A stretch of 64,000 bases of DNA, from positions 4,311,777-4,375,776 of the forward strand of contig BDGG01000004.1 in the NCBI GenBank assembly GCA_001949185.1. The letters run 5' to 3'. The notes beneath the pieces were generated by a model, which saw nothing but the letters and a program-made list of their open reading frames with translations, had not been told where the DNA came from and did not search any database. This document shows positions 11,448-25,146 of this stretch, one piece after another. The number at the start of each line of letters is the position of its first letter. Position 1 is the stretch's first letter. The position numbers and the translations under genes were made by a program. Origin of the DNA: Ramazzottius varieornatus (lineage: Eukaryota; Animalia; Tardigrada).

Positions 11448-14400
11448 ATGGGCTCGCTGTTCCGCAGTCAGGAAATGACCCTCTGCCAGCTGTTCCTACA
11501 GTCTGAAGCAGCGTACGCATGTGTGTCCGAACTGGGAGAACTGGGACTGGTGCAGTTTCGAGATGTAAGTACCATTTGAAGATCTTTTCGTTGTAGAACT
11601 TCATAGCACACCTTGTAGCTAGCTGACTTCCGGTTGTCATTCATGACCTTCTTCATTTCTAGCTCAACCCAGACGTCAATGCATTTCAACGAAAGTTCGT
11701 GAACGAGATTCGCCGATGCGATGAAATGGAGCGAATTTTACGTAAGCATTCCGTTGAAGTTCTCACTTATACGTTAACTACATACGTGCTCGTTCTGGGA
11801 TTACGGTTCTCGTAGAAACCATATTTTAACTAATGCATCATTTACAGGCTTCCTGGACAAGGAAGTCCGCAAGGATGGTATCCCTATCCTAGAAACGGGC
11901 GAAAATCCCGAAGCCCCCCAGCCTCGTGAAATGATCGATCTCGAGGTTGGTAGATCGATCGATATTAGGCCGAACTTGTGCCTGTGCTGCTCAGGCTGGC
12001 ATTACGTTTATTCTGCAGGCTACGTTTGAGAAGTTGGAGAATGAGATGCGCGAGATCAATGCGAACTCGGAAGCTTTGAAAAGGAACTATCTGGAGCTGA
12101 CCGAGCTGAAGCATATTCTCCGCAAGACGCAGAACTTCTTCGACGAGGTAAGTCGCGTGACCAGTCTGGCAACCTACTCGTGCACGTGCATAAATACTGG
12201 CACATTATTTTCTCTTCACCCGTGGGTCTTGCTTGCTCGGTGAATTTAACAGCTCGGCTGTTTAATCTTTCCTCATAACCCATCTGCTACTTCTGCACTT
12301 ACAACAATGTTTGGCTGATTGTTCAGATGCAGCACGATTCGAATCCCATCAGGCAAGATGAAGACGCGAATCTGCTACAGCCATCGCTTAGTGCTGAAGG
12401 ACCGAGCGAAGTCCACGCAAGCTCGCTGAAACTGGGGTGAGGCTCTTCTTCGTGTTGTCTGTCCGTTTTTCTTCTGTTCGTTGACGGTGATGGGACTACT
12501 GCTTTCTGCTTTTCTACAACCGTAAATGATAGGGCTTCGCATCAACTTAGCAGTGCCGTGCTGGCGAATATTTTGGGCGTCTAACATTTCCACGTAGCTA
12601 CCGGCAAAACATTATGTACATTCGCTTTATCTGCTTGCCGCAAGTGTAATTTGAGAGTACACCTGACGCGATGTTATCTAACGCCAAATTATGAATATGT
12701 CATCGAATCCTCCACCGTTCTCTAGCGAGGGAGCGAAGTTGGCTCGGACCATAGCTCAGTGCCTTCGGACAAAACTTTGTTCATGAACGATGGACAAGGG
12801 GCAACTGGCGGCGCTAGCAACCTTGGGTACGGCGACCTTTTTTCCCCGCGGTGCTCTGCACACATGAAATTGAAACGATCAACGAAGATTTGAGGTGGAG
12901 GCAGAAAATGGTAGTCCCACCAGCTCGTGCCTCGTTGTTCCTGATTTGCCTGTTTTCATCTTTTTTTCTTTTCGTTGCACGATTCGGACTAACGTGTCTC
13001 ATGCCCAATTCCGTTTCTTCACTAGATTCGTGGCTGGTGTCATTCTGCGAGAGCGGATCCCAGCATTTGAGCGCATGTTGTGGCGAGTCTGCCGCGGAAA
13101 TGTCTTTCTGCGCCACACCGAGATCGAGTCGCCCTTGGAAGACCCACACACGGTACGTCAGACAGTTATTCGTTCTGCTTGTTTGCTCTGATTCGTTGCT
13201 TTTCCGAACGAAGATCTCTTTCACAGGGAAATGAGGTCTTCAAGTCAGTCTTTATCATCTTCTTCCAAGGAGACCAACTGAAAAACCGCGTTCGAAAGAT
13301 CTGCGAGGCGTACGTATTGAACTACTGCATCCTTATTTCTCAAACGGATATTCCCAAATTTCACATTGTATCTACTATGTCCGATAGTTTTCGAGCCACG
13401 CTGTATCCGTGCCCGGAAACGCCCACTGAGCGTCGCGAGATGGCGTTTGGGGTGATGACACGAATCGAAGATTTGACAACGGTAAGTTTTCCACCAGCTG
13501 TCACATTTCACTTGACTTGACATTGACGTCATAAAGTCAAAATAGCACGTTGGTTTCCCCTTAGGTCCTCGGACAAACTCAAGACCATCGTCATCGCGTG
13601 TTGGTCGCAGCCGCGAAGAACATCAACATCTGGTTCTTGAAAGTCCATAAGATCAAAGCCATCTACCATACTTTGAACCTGTTTAACTTGGACGTCACGC
13701 AAAAGTGCCTCATTGGCGAATGTTGGTGTCCCGTCGTGGACTTGGATCGTATTCGGTTGTCTCTGCGTCGAGGAACCGTAAGAACTTCCTAGAATAAGGA
13801 AGACAGAATTTGTTTGAGTTTGCATTTACAGTGCACGCGAAAATTAACCGTCGAAAATGGGTGTTGGATGGAGCCAGATGGGGATAGCCAGTGAAATTTC
13901 CTCATGTAGCAAGCTATAACGGTCATTGGCTAGACCACAAATAAGCTCCGGCTCGAGCGTTACACCCATNNNNNNNNNNNNNNNNNNNNNNNNNNNNNNN
14001 NNNNNNNNNNNNNNNNNNNGACGGTTAATTTTCGCGTGCACTGTACCAGCGATGTTCGATATGCTTGTAGGAATTGAGTGGTGCTGCGGTTCCATCGATT
14101 CTCAATCGAATGGACACCGCGGAGGTCCCCCCAACGTACAATAAGACCAACAAGTTCACCTCGGCCTACCAGAACATCGTCGACGCCTACGGTGTGGCCA
14201 ACTACCGGGAAGTGAATCCAGCTCCATTCACCGTCATCACTTTCCCCTTCTTGTTCGCCGTTATGTTTGGTGACTTGGGCCACGGGCTGGTCATGGCTTT
14301 CCTGGCGCTTTTCCTTGTGTGGAAGGAAAACTGGATCATGTCGCGAAAGATCGAAGGCGAGGTAGATGGAAAACACTCAAGAATAATTTCTTTTCGTTTG

Positions 14401-16358
14401 AATCAGAACTTATATCTAATTTTCTTCCTTCTAGATTTTTGGTACAATTTTCGGCGGTCGCTACATCATCTTCTTGATGGGTTTGTTCAGTATCTACACT
14501 GGTATCATCTACAACGACGTCTTCAGCAAGTCCATCAACATTTTCGGAAGTCGCTGGACAGCCAATCGTTCAGTTTACGAGTAAACTCAACACTAACATT
14601 TGGATGATACATGACAGGCATCGCAAATATATGAATTTCGTTTTTCACATTTCCGCAGCTTCCAACATCATCACCCCAAAGAGGGGGATGCTTTCCAGAT
14701 GGATCCGATTCTGGATTACCGTAACACCAGCGGTCCCTACCCGTTCGGCATTGATCCGGCTTGGATGTTGGCGGATAATAAGATTTCCTTCATCAACTCG
14801 TTCAAGATGAAAATGTCCGTTATCCTGGGTGTGATGCAGATGATGTTCGGTATCGTCCTTAGCTGCTTCAATCATGTGTAAGTCATTTGAAGTGCTCTTC
14901 GGATCCCAGGAAAACAAACTTGAGCACATAGTTATTTCAAGGGGCGCACTCTTCCGCCCAATAATGCCAAGAAAGTGCGCCACTTGGTAAAACGGTCACA
15001 CTCGCCAAAATCATTTTCACCCAATAACACCGAAAACGTCCGCCACTTGTCGATTTTGTTTGCCGACCTTCCGTCTGGTATCGATACGGTGACAGCAGTT
15101 TGGTGTTTTCAGGTTCTTCGGGCGAATGATCAACGTCTTTTGCGAGTTCATTCCCCAAGTTCTCTTTTTGGCTTGTCTCTTCGGCTACTTGGTTGTGCTG
15201 ATCTTCTACAAATGGGTCAACTTTACGGCCTACGAGTCGGGATGCGCACCGAGTCTCCTGATTGGATTGATCAACATGTTCTTGTTCAAGTACCAGGATA
15301 ACCCTCCCAACAACAAGGATGGAACTCCTTGCTTACTGAACCAGTTCTACAGCGCTCAGGTGGGCTTGCGCACAGTTTCCCTAGAACGTTTTGCTTGCCC
15401 CCTGTTCTTTCTAGAGTATATCTTTTGGTCTACAGAAATCATTTCAAAGCTTCCTGGTGTTGCTCGCTCTCTTCTGCGTTCCCTGGATGTTGTGCATCAA
15501 ACCTTTCATCATGTATCGCCGATGGAAAGCCGCGGTAAGTTTCATTGTTCACGTTGCCTGGCTGTTGGAAAGTTAGCACACCCAGGGATGCATGGAACCT
15601 TTCTTTTTCTCTAGCACAACTCCGTTCCTCTTCACAACGTGGTGGATGAGAATGGACATGCAGAAGGACCCGTCAAGGCTGACCACGCGCATGGAGGTGG
15701 GCACGACGATCACGGAGGTGGTAATGGGGATCATGTAAGTGTGTTTTGTGACCAGTCTTCAGCTCTTTGCACTTGAGAGTGAGTCAACCGAACAAACATT
15801 TGTTTTTTCATGCAGTTCGATACCGGCAACGTCATCATCTACCAAGCAATCCATACTATCGAGTTTTGTCTCGGTATCATCAGTAACACGGCATCGTACC
15901 TTCGATTGTGGGCTCTGAGTCTGGCACATGCGCGTAAGTCGAACGAAGCTGGTAGTACCTTGTCAGTTGTTTTTACTTGAAACGACAAAATATTTTATGG
16001 TTTTTGTAGAGCTGTCGGAAGTCTTGTGGACGATGGTGATGAAGTTTTCCTTTTCCATCAACGGATGGGGCGGCATTCCATTGCTATTCTTCCTGTTCAT
16101 GGCTTGGGCTGGCTTGACACTGGCCATTCTGGTGGCTATGGAGGGCATGAGCGCCTTCTTGCACGCCCTTCGTTTGCACTGGTAAGTTGGGTCCCCAAAT
16201 AATATGTATACTCTTTACTGAACATTTCCGCCAGTGATGAAGTTTTGTGGCGTTTTTGTAGGGTGGAGTTCCAGAACAAGTTTTACGGTGGTCAGGGATA
16301 TCCCTTCCAGCCCTTTTCGTTCTCTTCCATGCTGGATGCTAAACCCGCGGACGACTAA
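11448..16358 (+). CDS. ATP6V0A1: V-type proton ATPase 116-kDa V0 subunit a (a1/Vha100-like)
   Basis: [103 protein letters not shown]|VEFQNKFY. Confidence 0.97.
12726..12826 (+). CDS. Putative mutually exclusive alternative exon of V-ATPase a (partner of 12327-12436)
   Basis: tctag|CGA...CTT GG|gtacgg; open frame [34 protein letters not shown]; same phases (0 in, 2 out) and same ...LG end as exon 12327-12436. Confidence 0.75.
13829..14043. mobile_element. Tc1/mariner-type MITE in a V-ATPase intron (spans the assembly gap 13970-14019)
   Basis: Perfect 24-bp TIR cagtgcacgcgaaaattaaccgtc / gacggttaattttcgcgtgcactg with TA flanks. True length unknown because of the N run. Confidence 0.85.
14912..15066. 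repeat. Palindromic hairpin family, copy 2 (V-ATPase intron, right half duplicated)
   Basis: aaacaaacttg...aggggcgcac...ccaataa...aaagtgcgccacttgg, then a second ccaataacaccgaaaacgtccgccacttgtcgattttgtttgccg. Confidence 0.75.
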
Positions 16359-16716
16359 TTATTCTGATTATCGTCACCCTAGTACAGTTCTTGTTTTAAT
16401 CTCTCCAGAAGCATCTGTCAGCTTAATCTGCTTGGAATTTCTCCCCTAAGTTTCATCTTCTTCTTGATATCCCGACTGGCACTGTAGTGTTATCATTCCA
16501 GACGGAGGCCGAAATTCTTAGCGAGGCCAAAGAGCCGTCGTCTGTTCACTATTTGTGCGCTAGTATCGGTGCGCTTTTCGTTCTGTAAAATTGTTCTCTA
16601 TGAATAAAATCGTTGTTCGAAGTAGTCTTTTGATAAACAGAAAAAATATAAAAATCAGATCACAATGCTAAAATGTCACTCGGGTGGAATGTATCTTCGT
16701 CGAAAAGCAGCTCACT

Positions 16717-18049
16717 TCACCGTCGTGGAACTGATACGATGACCACGATGGCGACCATTAGGGATATGATAAGAAACCACAAACCTGGAAGAGACGCGTG
16801 CCCTAGTTTTGGTCAAACTTTGCGGTCTGAATAAGTACTTACACCAGTGCGTGTTGGATTTCTTCAGGATGACTTTGATGTTACGCGTTTCACGAGCAAG
16901 CCTCGTGTCTGCTCTTTCCATTTCCTCACTTATTTCTCCCAGAATACCGTTATGAATATCCACCTATACAAGAAAATGGCCGTATTGGGCCGTATTGTAC
17001 GGAATACCGACTGTGTCGACAAGGACAGCGCTACTCGTACAAGAAACTGCTGCGTTTCCCTGCAATGAACAAGGAAGAGAAGGAACTCAACCTGCTGCAC
17101 CAACTTACCTCTGCTGCGATGTTCAGCGCCATATCACGCTGCCGTCCAACAGCCAACGATAACGCATCGAGTCCGCGGTCCTGTTCTACATGGAGATAAA
17201 ACGCTCCGTATAAGTACAGATCCATATTAGAATGGAATGTTTGACTAATGTTGCATGGACCAAGTACCTTGTAGCACTTGTTGATTCAGGCTTCGAATGT
17301 CCGTGGTAGGTAATGTCCGAGACTCATCTGTCTCTTCTCCCATCAGCCATGGATTGACTGGAGCCGTCCCTCCATAAGGAGCAGATGCGCCGCTCCGTCC
17401 GAGAAGAGCATCACGGCTGGACCTAGCAGTGTTGCTCTTCGAGTTTAGAGCCTGCTCCATCCGCTTCTGTGTGGTGATCAGCTCATCCAGCAGCGTCTGC
17501 CGTCTTTCGGATTCGAATACTGTTCTGCAAGGAACAATATCATGGCACCAGAAAACCCGAGTCAGCTTGCTATATTCTTTTATGTAACTTTCACTTGCAT
17601 GGTTCCTTGAGCAGAAGATCGCGTCAGCGCTTGCTGCAGAGAGTCTACCAGTCCAGCATAGCGTTTCATGGCAGTGCGGATGGTCGTGGCAAGCTGCAAG
17701 ACAAGACTTCTGTCTATCGGAATTGGAAGCAAAAACGTTCATCCAGAATTCCTCACACTGGCAGCGGAAGAAGCATTCTTGGAGGCGTCTTGATGGTACT
17801 GATTAATCTTTTCCCTGCATTGCAAACGATCTAAAGTTAACAGGTATTCCGATTCATTAGCGTCGGTGTCTAACAGTAGTGTTACCCACATGATATCTGC
17901 GCCAAGCTTCTGTGCTGTCGAATGCGAGGAGATCCTAGAACAGAGAAGTTAATGCATTAATCCGAGATCGTATTAACACGACGACCACATTACGACAGCA
18001 GCGAACAAGAACAGTTAGTGCTGGACATCACGTACCACGTATCCGTCAT
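16717..18049 (-). CDS. STX8: Syntaxin-8-like Qc-SNARE
   Basis: N-terminus MTDTW|ISSHSTAQKLGADIM|EKINQ; ESERRQTLLDEL; SNARE motif EQDRGLDALSLAVGRQRDMALNIAAE|VDIHNGILGEI; C-terminal TM LWFLIISLMVAIVVIVSV. Confidence 0.88.
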
Positions 18050-19280
18050 GTTGTAGCCGTGAGATATCGTGGATCTTGAAGAACTGACAGTCAGTATCCT
18101 AGACTGGAGCTTTGGAGGCAGACAACGTGGGAGAAATCTGGGCCTGCACAAACAGTCGCAGAGGACCGAACCTCAGAATGATCAGATGATCGACAGAAAT
18201 CTGGAATCTGGATCAGCGGTGGAGGGGTGATATATTCAATGGATTATCCAAAACACGGAACGGCTTCGCAACCTCAAGCACAGCCCAACTTTGGAACGGT
18301 ACTCAGTCGATCAATATTTCTCATATGAAAAATACCGTTCCGAATGTCCTTCGAACACCAGGTATCTTGTTCATTAGAGGTAGAATTCGCGCACTGATGA
18401 TAAGATTGCCCGCTGTACCGGTCCTGGACGGGTCGTAGGTGGCAGTTCCGTGATTTTCGATATTAGGCTGAATAAATCATTCGTCCACCGCTGATCTGGA
18501 TGTTAGTAAATGATGACAGAGTGATGAGTCGTTCGTGTGGACTGCATGGCCTTGCTACGTGGTTATTCGTCCTCACTCAGAGATCTCCATCTCTGGTCTT
18601 CCCGCGAGTCTTCTAGATCTGAGTTTAGTACGAGAACCTGGAACTTGTAATTTTGTTTTATTGCACTCCCGAAGGGTTTTCGTTTCGTATGGGTTTGGTT
18701 GGATGGTTGGAGACGGTCGGAACAATCATGGCCGAGACTTCCGCAAACGAGCCGTCGATCGTCACCGCCCAGGAAACGTCACTGCGGCGAGTACTCGCTA
18801 ATCTTGTCCAGCTCACCGGCGCTGTTTAGCGCGGAAGATATCCTTCAGTTTTCACCTGTCACGATTAAAGGATGGTCTGTGGAAGTGACAATCCAGGCCG
18901 CATCGTCTTCCTGGGAGACCGAATAGGCACGACGAGCATTAGACTCTCGCGAGAAAAAACAACACGTGACCAGTCACGCAAACCCTTGTGCTAGATTTAA
19001 GCCGGAATACCAAGACCCGAAAAGTGTGCAACAGTGTTCTCAATGGAAACAACATTTTTCTTCATAAAGATACAAGTGAGAACTAAAGACTGATATTTCG
19101 TAAGACACCAGGAAAGAAGGATTGTTAAACGGAGCATGTCTTTGCTAATTCAAAAAAGTGCTGTAGCACCATCGATCCCCGATCCAACAATACCAAACGA
19201 AAGAAAATACTGCCAAAATTTTGGGAGTGCGTAAAATCAAGTTGAACCTCAAAACTAAGACTAAACATCTGACACTGGAA

Positions 19281-22200
19281 TTAATCTTCGTCGGTCAAAT
19301 CCACGCTGCCGTCAGAGTCACTGTCATCCGACAGGCGCGATGACGTAGAAAGGATGGCATCTTCCGACATCTTCCATCCACCGGCCTTTAGGTTCGTAAC
19401 GAGGGTTTCCACCGCTGCGTTAGGCACGATAATACCTGGAACAAATAAATTACAGTTTTAATTGCGGACAGCTGGAAAAACTGAAGCTCGACAAATACAC
19501 TCGACAAAATCTTTTCCCGAGTGGCATACATTCTCAATGTTATCTGCTGAAAACGTGCGCCACTTGGACAAAACAATCTTGTTGAATTCGTTTGCCGAGA
19601 TCATAAATATAATTAGGCTGAATATCACACTTACCGACGATGCGTTTGTCGTTGACCAGTCGAACGCGGACATTCTGTACCCTCTTGCTCGAGTTGTTAT
19701 GCTCGTTGTACAAAACCCTGCCCACTTCGTGCCACACACTCAAAATGGAACCAGAGAGGACCATGTAGGTCTTGCGTCGAAGACCGATATCGCACTGCAT
19801 ACCGGCCGTGGTGTTCTTGCAGTTACCAGCCCAGTATGCATGGACACAGCGTCGGGACATGCTGTCGTACATGCCCTTCCAGCACTTGACCGCCTCATCC
19901 AAACTGACCAAGCGACCCTTGCGCTGGATCTCGTCCAGCGGATCCATCCGAAGCTGCATACCGCTGTTTGGTCGATACACATGGTACAACTGTCTACTGC
20001 GGGAAGAAGTCAGAACCTGCTGACCTGACTTACGAACGGCTAGGCAGATGGTGTGCTTTCCAGCCATCTCCTGAAAACACACCACCGGAAAGATACAGGT
20101 ACGATTCAGAAATACCGTAGTAAGTCTTCTCGAAAGTTACGTACGTGATAGGACATATAGAAGCCACTATTCTTATCGTCATGTTCGTTCAGGATTTCTA
20201 ATGCGTTTTCCCAGCTCAACCCTCTTTCGACCGAGATGGCGTACAAGACAGTCGGCGCTTTAGTCCATGGAAGATTTCCGGTAAAAGTGAGCTTCTTGTC
20301 TACTGAGACATCCGATGAGCCAAACCCTAAAGCGACACAATCTTAGTCCATTTAGACTAAAGATGAAAATCACAAGAAGTCAGGCGCTTCATGACTTTTG
20401 CGTACCGAGTTCGACGATGCCCATTTCGAATTTCCCTTCACGCTTAGCGATGTCAACCAGTGAATCCATGGTTCGTACAAACATTTCAAAGATGGAGTTC
20501 TGCATTTCGACTTTCATCCCTAGTATACGATTGAGGAAAGTCCCGATGGTCACCGCGTTCTTATCCAGCGAGTACTGTGTGGACCCAGGGAATTCGGCCA
20601 CCAGCATACCCACACTGATCATGGCTCTCTGGCACTGCTGGACGAATGCTTTCTCGCCCCCCTTGAACGGCGGCAGTAGGCTCTTTGGAATGCCCGGCGT
20701 CACGCCCGACGCGTACTTACAGGTCCTTTCCACAGCTTGCCTACCATATTTGGTGTCAATATTGAACATGGACAAGTCGCGGGAATCGGTAGCGCGCCTG
20801 TCGCCATGAGTGAGGGCGCCGAGGCATTCGAGACGACGGGCGACCGCAGCGGCGAAACGCTTCTCGCCTGCGAGATCGGTAATGAGGAACATGTATTCGG
20901 GTGCACTGACTTGGTTACTTCGGTGAGTTCGGCCGAACTGCTGGATAGCTTTGTCGGCGGACCAGGACAGTTCGAGGGTAATGTGAACGCGTCTTCGTTG
21001 GTTCACCGCACGTCGATCCGCTTGTAGGGAAATACCGGAGCTGGCCGCTTCACTAATTATGGCAATCTGTGGAAATCAACGATACAACGTCAAATTCTAC
21101 CGTAAGACATGCGGATAATCTACTGATAGCGTTCTGATTAACGCAAACAAAATCGCAAACATGCAAACCAGCACAGTTACTGCGATGAGTTGGAATGCAG
21201 AAGCTCTCAACACGAACTGTTTTTCGATAAAATTTTGCACAAGCAATTCGAATGGTCAACTCTGCGTCGTCCGCTGAAATCAGCGAACACCGAGACCGAA
21301 GTTTCTACGTACCAATTTCTCGCCATCCATGAAGCGTTGCTTCTCGGCCATGTTGAGTAACTCGAGCGCCACGTCGTTCTCGTTTCGAGCTTCATATTCA
21401 ACGGATCCGCTGTCCGTCGAAACAACTCGACCTTTCCTTCCCGTCATCTGACAAAAGAACATTGTTAGAGTTCGACAAAACATACTAAGATCAGACCCGC
21501 AGATTCGACAAACCTCGGCTACGACAGCTGGTCCACCAAGCTGGTCAATGAGATCATCGAGAGTGTTTGGGGGCAAACGGGAGGAGAGCTCGTCGAACCG
21601 GTTCAAAAGGTCTTCCTTCATGCGCCGAGACTCTTCTCGCAACTCGGCTCTGGATTTGCCGGCTAGATGAACAACACGATCAGTTAGCAAAAAAAGTACG
21701 TATAGTACAGTACCGTACTGCACTTTTATACGAAAGACTTACGTGGTTGATCCGAAGCCTTATCCGTCAAATCTTCCTCGGCCATTTCTTCCTTCTTCTC
21801 CTTCTTGCGCTTTTTTTTTGCCTTTTCCTTGGCTGCCAGCATTTTCAACCATGGGTCTACGAAGGAAACATGCAGTCAGTGCTCGGAACTCAGGTAAACA
21901 AACTCGTCAAGATCACTTTTTCAAGTGGCACATGTGACTGGTGTCGCCACATGGAAGGATGCGCCACTCATAATAACGAATAACGATTTTGTCGGGCAAG
22001 TTATCAGCTTAGGCAGCATTCCATTAAAGACGTAATCAACCAATCAATCTGCAGGTCTGATTACTTGGTCCGGTGGAGTCTTCTTCTTCGCTGACATTCG
22101 AATCACTCGAGTTCGCTGGTTCAGAGTCGTCGGAGTTGACCCCGTCTTCACTGAAGCTATCGCTAGGACTGTCCGAGTTTGATATGGTGAAGGATGAGTC

Positions 22201-25146
22201 CTCGGAGCTGGATGGGGAAATGTCAGAGGCCTCGCGCCTTTGCTTCTTTCTTGGACGGCCGCGTTTAGGTTGCGCCTTCTTCTTCCTTTTCTGTACGGTT
22301 CTTCGAGGGGAAGAACGCGTTGATGGGCGAGGTTCCTCAGTGTCGCTGCTGGCATCGCTATCTTCCAGGTCGGACAAAGTCGGAGTTTTATAGGAAGTTA
22401 CCAACTTTCTCACTTTCCTCTCTGCAAAGACGACACCCAAAATGAAGGCATCGCAGAGGAAGGCAGGTTCCCAGTAACCGTAACTCGGATTTCCTTTTGA
22501 ACTGAGATACTTTTTAATCACTTACTGGCCCGTCCTGTGACGCTGTCAACTTCGTCCGGTTCCTCATCCAGGGCAGCTTCGGCTTCTTGCTCAAGTGTTT
22601 CACTTAAGCCAGCAAGCGCCAATGTCTTGCGACGATCAAAGGCCGGGAAATGTTTGTCGACTAACGACTGGAATACTGCTCTGTGACAAAAGTGGGTGAG
22701 CCTGATTTACATGCAATTATACTACCATAACACTGTTCGATGTGCAATACCTGGAAGTGGAGACAAAGTCGTTTAAAACACCGTTATTCTCATCCAGGCA
22801 TTCCAAAGTGCGAGCTTCTCCCGTAGACTGGAGACCAATGACGGCACACTACAAAGGAAGCGAGCTAAAGAGATCGGTCCAGTATGAAGTTATCCGAGCT
22901 GTTCACTAACTTACCTTCCCGTTCCTGACAGCTTCCTTGGCGATCTTGACAGTGGCTTTGACTTTAGCAGACAGGCACAAATACTTGAAGAACCTTTGAT
23001 GAGCTCCCCAAAATTGTCCCCACATGTGTTTCTTAAGGCGAGAATCAGCCTGGAACAGTTCCGCAGCGGCTGCAAACTTTTCGCGAGCATAGCCCCACTG
23101 CAACACAGACTCGAGTTAAACAGGTTGTTTTCCTGAACGGTAACTTGTTTTATACTTACCAGGTCGACACAGTCGTTAAACAATTCTTTGTAATGGTTTT
23201 CCATGGGGACTTCGCCAATCTCAAAGGAGACTCCAGCGAAGCTAAGCTGACGAGCAATGTAGCTTCCACGAAGCTTCATGTCCATGGCGATAATTTCCAT
23301 TGCGCTCACTCCCCTAAAATCAAAGTTTAACCTTTATCCGTAGTACTACTCATTTTGTCATTTCGTAGTACTGATTAATTTCTAATTTCGTTATGACTGC
23401 AAAGCTGGAGATTTTTACTGGCAGAGAACTGAATACTCACCGTTTTTCGATGGAGCTTGTAAACTCAAAGAAATCTTTGAACGGAGTCTGAGGTCCCCAA
23501 ATACCCAGTCGAGTCATGTAAGCCATGTTCCTTGGTTCTGAAGCCCCAGTAGCGCTAGCGTAGACCACTCTGGCTTTCGGCAGCAGGCGCTGAATCTCTA
23601 GTACAGCCAACCCTGTCTTGGTCGGCTTGGTCCCTCCCGCCGGACAAAGGTTCTTCGCGCGATGGCTGTTGGAAGAGAAAGTTATTAATTACAGATCAAA
23701 GGAAAGACGTCATAAGAGGACGTGAAGGATTTTACCATTCATCGAAGACGAGACAGCCGTCAAAATTGGTCCCACACCATTTCAGCAACTGCTTCATCCG
23801 AGTTCCGTACTCTTGTCTTGGACTCTGCGATTCTCCAACAAGAGAGGGGTACGTCACGAACATCACTCCGTTCTTGATATTCCCATTCTCTGAGCTGTTC
23901 AGCTTGTACCCATATTTCGCTTTACTGAGAAGGTTAACGCCAATCATGACGGCCCCGATATCTTCGAGATCCCGTATAGCGTCGTACTTCAAGTCGTTCG
24001 ACACACTCAACCACACTGACTTCTTTCGTCCATGTAGCCAGTTTTCGTATATTATACCAGCTGAAAGGCACGAAGATATGCCATCGCAGCTTATGATATT
24101 TCACTCTCTCGTACAAACCTATGGTCCTTCCTTTTCCGACACCAGCGCCATCACCGATCAGGAAACCCGCTCTGGGTGGCGCTCCTCCATCCGCTGGCTT
24201 CTCCAGGAATCTGTCGTGTTGTTGACAGGCGTATACTATTGCTTCGAGCTGCAGCGACGACAAAAGTCCTTCATTCGCAATGTTGTCCGGTAACTCCAAC
24301 TCATACCTGTAAAAAGGATTAGGTTAGAAATATTTGAGAAGCAACAAACGGAGATAGTACCAGGGTGTGTTAAGGGAATATTAATTTACGTAATGTCAGG
24401 TGGCTGTACGCTGCCAAGGGACAGTGTTTCCACGATAGGGTCGGGATGAGGAAGTCCCAGCGTTAACTTCGACGGTTTGTACTGATCGTAGGTCTCTCCG
24501 TGAATCATCCCGCCTTCTTCGTCGCCCTCAACCAAACCTAACTGCACTTCCAACTCTTCTTTCACGCGAGCCATCTGCTGCGCATCTTTAACTGGATTTG
24601 CTGGCTGCTTCGTCTTCGCTGTGGCTTTCGAGGTCTGAGCTGCCAACCCAGGAACGTACATCGGCGGCGGCGCTCTGGACTTGATGGATGTCGACGGCTG
24701 CGTCGTACTGCCTTGAGCTGCTTGATACGCCATCATCTGGAAACCATCCACATCAGGCCTGGATTTCGGTTATGTGAGAGGAATAACTTGAACTAACCTG
24801 AGCCGTCAGTTTCGCATAATGCTCGACTGCAGCAACGTCCATGGGGAACGAAGCCCCACTGGGCATGAACATGTTCACCGCAGTCGCTACAACAAAGAAC
24901 CGTTAACGAAGCTCGTTCGGAATACCAATACCTACATTCAGGAACGTGCTTACCTTGCTCCGCGAATCCGGGTGCGAGTTGTTGGACTCCTACAGTGGCC
25001 ATAATGGACGAGAGCAAGTCGTAGTTCTGAGCACCCCCATGGTTCGCAGCGTCCTGTTGGGCCTGCTTAGCGTTCATCGAGCTTTTTGGCCCGGAAGGTT
25101 TCGGAGCCCCGTTAAGTTTCGACGTCGTTCCTTGGGCAACGTCCAT
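19281..25146 (-). CDS. SBNO1: Protein strawberry notch (SBNO1/2 family)
   Basis: [102 protein letters not shown]. Start codon tentative. Confidence 0.95.
19485..19602. repeat. Palindromic hairpin family, copy 3 (last SBNO intron)
   Basis: agctcgacaaatacactcgacaaaatcttttcccgagtggc...ctgaaaacgtgcgccacttggacaaaacaatcttgttgaattcgtttgccgagat. Confidence 0.85.

Noticed and set aside
18535-18970. Small ORFs (e.g. 33-aa MAETSANEP... at 18728) and a TCTCGCGAGA palindrome between STX8 and SBNO
   Set aside because: No homology cue, and no consistent exon chain without an implausibly short 34-nt intron.
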